Shown one piece after another: positions 62,150 to 64,000 of a stretch of 64,000 nucleotides of DNA. The translations under genes were made by a program, and so were the position numbers. How positions within the stretch are numbered: position 1 is the first letter of the stretch; each line of letters starts with the position of its first letter. The notes beneath the pieces were generated by a model, which saw only the letters and a program-made list of their open reading frames with translations, was not told the DNA's origin and did no database searches. The stretch is from Lama glama (Eukaryota): the NCBI GenBank assembly GCA_028534125.1, contig CM052816.1, forward strand, positions 100,442,001 through 100,506,000, given 5' to 3'.

Positions 62150-62285
62150 CGATCTGCATCCCTGGCTTGCTGGTGACCAGGGGATGCAGTACCTCTGTTT
62201 TGAGGTTTCCCTGTTGGCAAAATGCGATTAGGCCGGAACCTCCAGGTAATTTCTGAGACTATTTCCAGCTCAGGAATCTATGAAA
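62150..62285 (+). mobile_element. MIR3/MIRc-like remnant
   Basis: gtttccctgttggcaaaatg...atttctgagactatttccagctcaggaatctatga resembles the MIR3 3' end. Confidence 0.45.
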
Positions 62286-63414
62286 CCCACAGGGTCTGAA
62301 CAGTCAGCTGGTAATCAGTTTTCACACCCAAGTCAAGGTTCTGTGAAATTTCACATTTTCATTTTGGGGATTTTAAAAGCTGACCCCAGATGTTAGCTGT
62401 GTCGTTCTTGTACGTTACATAATCTGATCGTGGATGCTCGAAGGCTTTGAAAACGTTTAAGTAACTCTGAGGCTGTTCACTGAGCGAACACTCAGGAGCA
62501 GACACAGCTCTAAGTATGTTCCGTGAGTTGACTGATCCAGTCCTCACGACGAGTCTTTCTTCAGGTGTCAGTCTCTCGATTTAGACACGGAACGCCCGAG
62601 TACTTCGCCCGGTGTCCCCGAGTGAAAGGCAGAGCTGGGCCGCGGTCTGCATCGCCGCAGTAAGGATGTTTTAGCCCCAATCCCGTCCTGCCTCGGGGAT
62701 CCTGAGTTTGGCTCCTGGATTTATAAATGCATTTCTTGTGGTTGTAAGTTCACTAAAATGCATCCTCATTCACTCCTTTCACAGCCTTGCCGGTTGGTGA
62801 CTCCAGCAAGCTTCACTAGTTAAAAATTACTTGCGAACTTACTTTAAGGGGATGTTCTTTTACTGCCCTCGGGGACCACCAGCTTCTCCTGACACCTCTG
62901 TCCCAGTCAGAGTTTCCAGAAAGGGTGACACACTGAAGACAGTTTTGGTTTTCGGTTGTGGACTTTTGCTTCTAAATTCTGAGTACTTGGAATAATCGGG
63001 TGCAAGTCTCATTCACTTAAAATTATATTTTCTGTTAACAAGCACACACACACAAAATGTATCTACTCATTATATTTGAATAAAATCCTTGGGAAAACTA
63101 AACTTTTCTTGATTAGCAGCTCAAAGGGGGATGTCTTTGCTACGTGGCTGGACCCTTCCACTGGGTGAATGTGGCTGGCTCCTGGTTGGTCCTTCTGTAT
63201 CGATGTGAATCAGAATTTCTTCAGGAACTTCAGGTCCCCCTCTTGGGTTCACCTTCAGAAAGACGACTGGAGATGTTTTTTTTGGAGATGGGTTACCCCA
63301 GGCTGGGGCTGTCTGTAGGTACAATCAGGCTGAAACAATCTGCACCTGGACGATGGCATACTGGGGGGACGGGGGATCTGCCCTCATTCAGAAGTCCAGC
63401 TGCGTTTTCACAAA

Positions 63415-63715
63415 TTATGGAATGGATGAGATTTACAGAACATGACGCTAACCATCTTAAACTGAACAACTCAATGACACTGAGTCCGTGCTAGGTAGTG
63501 GTGTACCCCCACCATCTCTCTCACGGAGGACAGGACCCCATTCCCATTAGGCAGTTCCTCCCCGTGGCCCCTCCTCCTCCAGCTGCTGGCAACCACCTTT
63601 CTCCTTGCTCTCTGGCTCTGCTCATGCGAGCCGTCTCGTATGAACAGATATGTGCACATTTTCCCCTTCATGCCCGGCCTCCATCACCAGCACAATGACA
63701 TGGAGCTCACCTCGG
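63415..63715 (-). mobile_element. L1MB-like 3' UTR fragment
   Basis: taaccatcttaaactgaacaactcaatgaca...cccattaggcagttcctcccc...ctggcaaccacc...tctcgtatgaacaga follows the antisense L1MB 3' UTR. Confidence 0.7.
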
Positions 63716-64000
63716 TGCTTCTGTCATTTTTAAAGGTCCCTCTCTACAACTTTTATCTTTGTCTCTGAAGCTGTCACTTTAGAAGACAAAGAAGTGGACT
63801 CCAGCCACACGAGACCTGAGGGCGGCCGGACTGTGTGGGGCAGGGCTTCGTGCTTTGGTCCAGCTGCCCAGACATGCCCGCTCCAGGAAAAGCCGAGATG
63901 AAATGTGGTCTCTGTTTGATGTGTGAACGTTGCAAATACGTCTGGTCAGAGAGCAGCCGGTGAGATCCGTGGTGAGGATGAAGGAAGGGCAGGCGGTCCA

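Noticed and set aside
1..64000. Naming the locus, or claiming a novel multi-gene system
   Set aside because: No coding exon or RNA gene was recognised to anchor identity. Everything visible is explained by mammalian repeats, simple repeats and putative cis-regulatory DNA.

Overview
This window is GC- and CpG-rich mammalian non-coding genomic DNA, most likely from a camelid. The evidence is five tRNA-Ala-derived SINEs of the camelid vic-1 type, plus cetartiodactyl-type L1 3' ends. I recognise no host protein-coding gene. The many short overlapping ORFs are what GC-rich DNA produces by chance, and the only recognisable peptides are L1 ORF2p C-terminal remnants. The sequence supports these elements: SINEs, old and young L1 fragments (two nested L1-in-L1 insertions), an internally deleted Tigger1, a partial ERV1 (3' LTR, polypurine tract and internal end), L2/MIR/MaLR/ERVL relics, a 15/16-bp G-rich minisatellite and a CT-rich tandem repeat. 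Between them lie CpG-island-like stretches and many AT-rich, transcription-factor-motif-dense blocks resembling developmental enhancers, which suggests a gene desert or a large intron; I could not name the locus. The most notable signal is a strong A/T-to-G/C substitution bias in some repeat copies, as expected from GC-biased gene conversion. I found no evidence for a new multi-gene system. Repeat family names come from my recall of consensus sequences and need confirmation with RepeatMasker/Dfam.
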